A DNA stretch of 64,000 nt from the human T2T-CHM13v2.0 reference genome, Homo sapiens, in the NCBI RefSeq assembly GCF_009914755.1, contig NC_060934.1; one strand, given 5' to 3'. Positions 60,815 to 64,000 of the stretch are shown here, one piece after another. Under the pieces are notes generated by a model. That model did not search any database. It worked only from the letters and a program-made list of their open reading frames with translations, and was not told the origin of the DNA. Positions within the stretch are counted from its first letter, which is position 1. Each line of letters begins with the position of its first letter. Made by a program: the position numbers and the translations under genes.

Positions 60815-62093
60815 TACATATATATTTGAACAACTTATTTATTTACTATGTCCATTGTTTGCTATCTGATTCTTCTTACAAATGCACACACTCCATGAGG
60901 GCAGAAAGTCATTCCACATGTTCTGCATTGTTTATTGGTGAGCAGTGCCTGACCTACAGAACACTCTGTGTTGAAGTGAATGAGTAGAGAGTCTTAAGCA
61001 GATAATATAATACATAATATGAAGTCAGAAATGGGAAAATTGACTCTTGAATAAGTAGTGCTGATAACTGAATACTCATTTAGAAAAAGATACAGTATCT
61101 CACCCCAGCCAAATAAAGCAATTTCAGGATTATATTATATACTAAACATTTCTCTGTTTTTCCTTTCACGTTGAATAGAGATTCTAATTTTGATGTCACA
61201 AATCTATATAATGTCTTTTCTATCATAATTAGTGCTTTCATGTACTATGTAATATAAGAGAGTATGATAATTCCCTTGTTCTGCACAGAAAGCACAAGTT
61301 ATGATATGAAAGATTGATACATTTGTGACTTAAAATTAGAATCTTGTATTCATCAAAAGTCACCATTAAGAGAGTAAAAAAGGCAAAATATCAATTCAGA
61401 AAAGACATTTGTTTTATATAAAACTGACAATGGATTAGTTTTCAGTATCTATAAGTAACTTCTACAAACAAAAAGAAAAACAGATAACCCCATAAAACAT
61501 TGGACAAAAACTTGAATAGATACTTTTTATAAAAGACCCAAATTATATGCACTTACACATGCACAAATTTATATATATAAATATATACACACATATATAG
61601 TACACACAAATACATTAAACATATGTGTATGCAAATATGACGTATGTAATAAAAGTATTAATAATCACCAAATGCAAATTAAAACCCTAAAATACAAAAT
61701 TACATACAATTAAAATATCGGCCAGGATGTAAAGTAACTCTCATTCATTGCTTGTGAAACTTTAAGCAGATACAAGTGCCTTGGAAAACTGTTGTTATTT
61801 AATAATCTGAAGATATATATCATGAGTTAACAACTGCACTCTTGGGAATACGCCCTGGATAGACCCTTGAAGTATGCACATCATGAATAATATGAAATAA
61901 TGTTCATAGCAGCATTTTTCACAAGAGCCCAACATGGGAAGAAGTCTAAAAGCTCTCTAATGCTATGATAGATAAAATATTAAGTGATAGTCATACAGTG
62001 GAATGTTACACAAAAAATAGAAAACTGCTCCTTAGTACCTACAACAGAGGTGAATGTCACAGACATAGGTCAATCAGAGGAAGCAACAGATAG

Positions 62094-62455
<362 letters not shown>

Positions 62456-63514
62456 TAAAATACAGTGTTTAATGAGATACACACAGGCAGTGGAAATATA
62501 AAACCAAAGAAGAAGGCAATTATTGTAACATTAGGAAAGTGTTTGGCTCCAGGGGACATGGAGGAGGAGGTGATGATAAGGAGGACGAAGGCAGGTTCTG
62601 GGATGTTTGTCATGTTCTCATTATTTTGACCTGTTTAAAGTGTTTTTTAAAATTTTTCCCATTCCCTTTACTGATTACAACTTACATATATGATTTATAC
62701 ATTTTTTCTGTATGAATGTTATTTTCCAAAATCGAAACAAGCCTACAGTTCTGAAGACCTTATCTTATAGTTAATTTTCCATATAACAACAGTGTTCTTC
62801 TCTCAGAAAATGTAAAGCTTAAGGTCCCTTAATTGTGCCAGTAAATATTTGCTGAACATCCACCTTGTGCCAGGTATCTTTCTAAGCACTGAGATTACGG
62901 TGAGGAATAAAATAGATGATATTTATAAGGTTGTCCTCAATGCAGCCTGCAATTTAAGGAAATTAATCCTGTGGCTTGATTTAAATCTCTGGCTTACCCT
63001 ATGCAACTGTTTAACTCAGCCTTCCCATACGAAATAAGACACTGTGGAATATAGTAATATAGTTGGAAACTAAATTTCAGTCCCTTTACTCTCTTCCTAG
63101 TTGCATTACCAAAGAGCTTTCAGTCTATAGAGCCTTCATCTTTATAGAGGGGACCCTATTTCCTGTTCTATTGAGCCACAGGTCTTCTGTGGGGAAAAAC
63201 ATTACATATCAATGTACATTTAAAATCATGACAGTAATGTGATTTATTCAAATATTTAGATATATATTTGTATTGAAAGTTCTTTAAACAGTGGAATTGT
63301 ATCTTCTACAGTCTTGCTCTCAATTTTTTCTTGGCAGGGCAAAGAGAATGAGGCCTTCCTTATCAAATGTGTGTGAGTGCTGCTTGCTGCCTGGTGGAGG
63401 ATACTGAACATAGAAATGTCATAACTGAAGATTCCCGAGGGTGGCATTGGTATATAAACGGCAGTGGAGAAACTCTGCTTTTGGTGAAGCTACCAAATCT
63501 GTGTGTGTATATCT

Positions 63515-64000
63515 AGCAAAAATATACCACATTAAAGGATATCAAATTTACCATTTTAAGCATATAGTACAGTAGCATTAAGTACATTTGCACTATAATC
63601 CAACCATCACCGCCATTCATCTTCAGAATTTTTTTCTTCCCAAACTGAAGCTCTGTACACATTAAACAATAACTCCCTATTTCCCCTTCCCTCCAGAGGG
63701 CTGTACATTTGGAAAACTGTTATGATTCAGTTTTCCAACCTCCATTCTACTTTTTGTCTCTAGAAATATGATTATGCTAGGCATAATACTTCCCATAAAC
63801 GGACTCATACAACCTATTTCCTTTTGTGTTTGGCTTGTGTCACTTAGCATGTTGTTTTCAAGGTTCTTTCATGTAGCATGTTTCAGAATTCCTCCTCTTT
63901 TAAGGCTGAATAATATTTCAATATGCCTATTTACCATATATTGTTTGTCCGTGCATCTATCAATGAGTATTTGGATTGTTTTGGGTATTATTAAGTAATG
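63515..64000 (-). mobile_element. L1MB 3' end (runs off the window)
   Basis: aaatttaccattttaagcatatagtacagtagcattaagtacatt...cattaaacaataactccc...cacttagcatgttgttttcaaggttc. Confidence 0.85.

Overview
This is primate nuclear DNA, almost certainly human because it contains a near-consensus AluYb8. It is AT-rich and dense in repeats, and I find no supportable intact protein-coding exon; the ORF-track entries come from Alu, L1, LTR or NUMT sequence, or are chance ORFs. Main contents: (1) an old ~2.3 kb nuclear mitochondrial insertion on the minus strand (3' ND4, tRNA-His, tRNA-Ser(AGY), tRNA-Leu(CUN), most of ND5), lying inside an old L1. (2) A ~1.2 kb retrocopy flanked by a target-site duplication (TSD). 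It starts at the first base of an H/ACA snoRNA (SNORA40-like), continues through host-gene (TAF1D-like) sequence and ends in a poly(A) tail decayed to (GAAA)n; this fits a fossil of a 5'-snoRNA-capped, polyadenylated RNA and is the most interesting object here. (3) A 2.8 kb HERV-L gag-pro-pol fragment without LTRs, fused to an Alu head. (4) LTRs: LTR26, MLT1A, MSTA, MER4A, MER9 nested in an Alu, THE1, MLT1H-like and LTR12C. (5) About 33 Alus, DNA-transposon relics (MER1A x2, MER58A, MER2) and L1/L2/MIR fragments. (6) Repair or template-switch scars, including a 69-bp non-repeat duplication 2.3 kb apart and a twin-primed L1PB. Family names come from recalled consensus sequences, not a database search, and the boundaries of old repeats are approximate.
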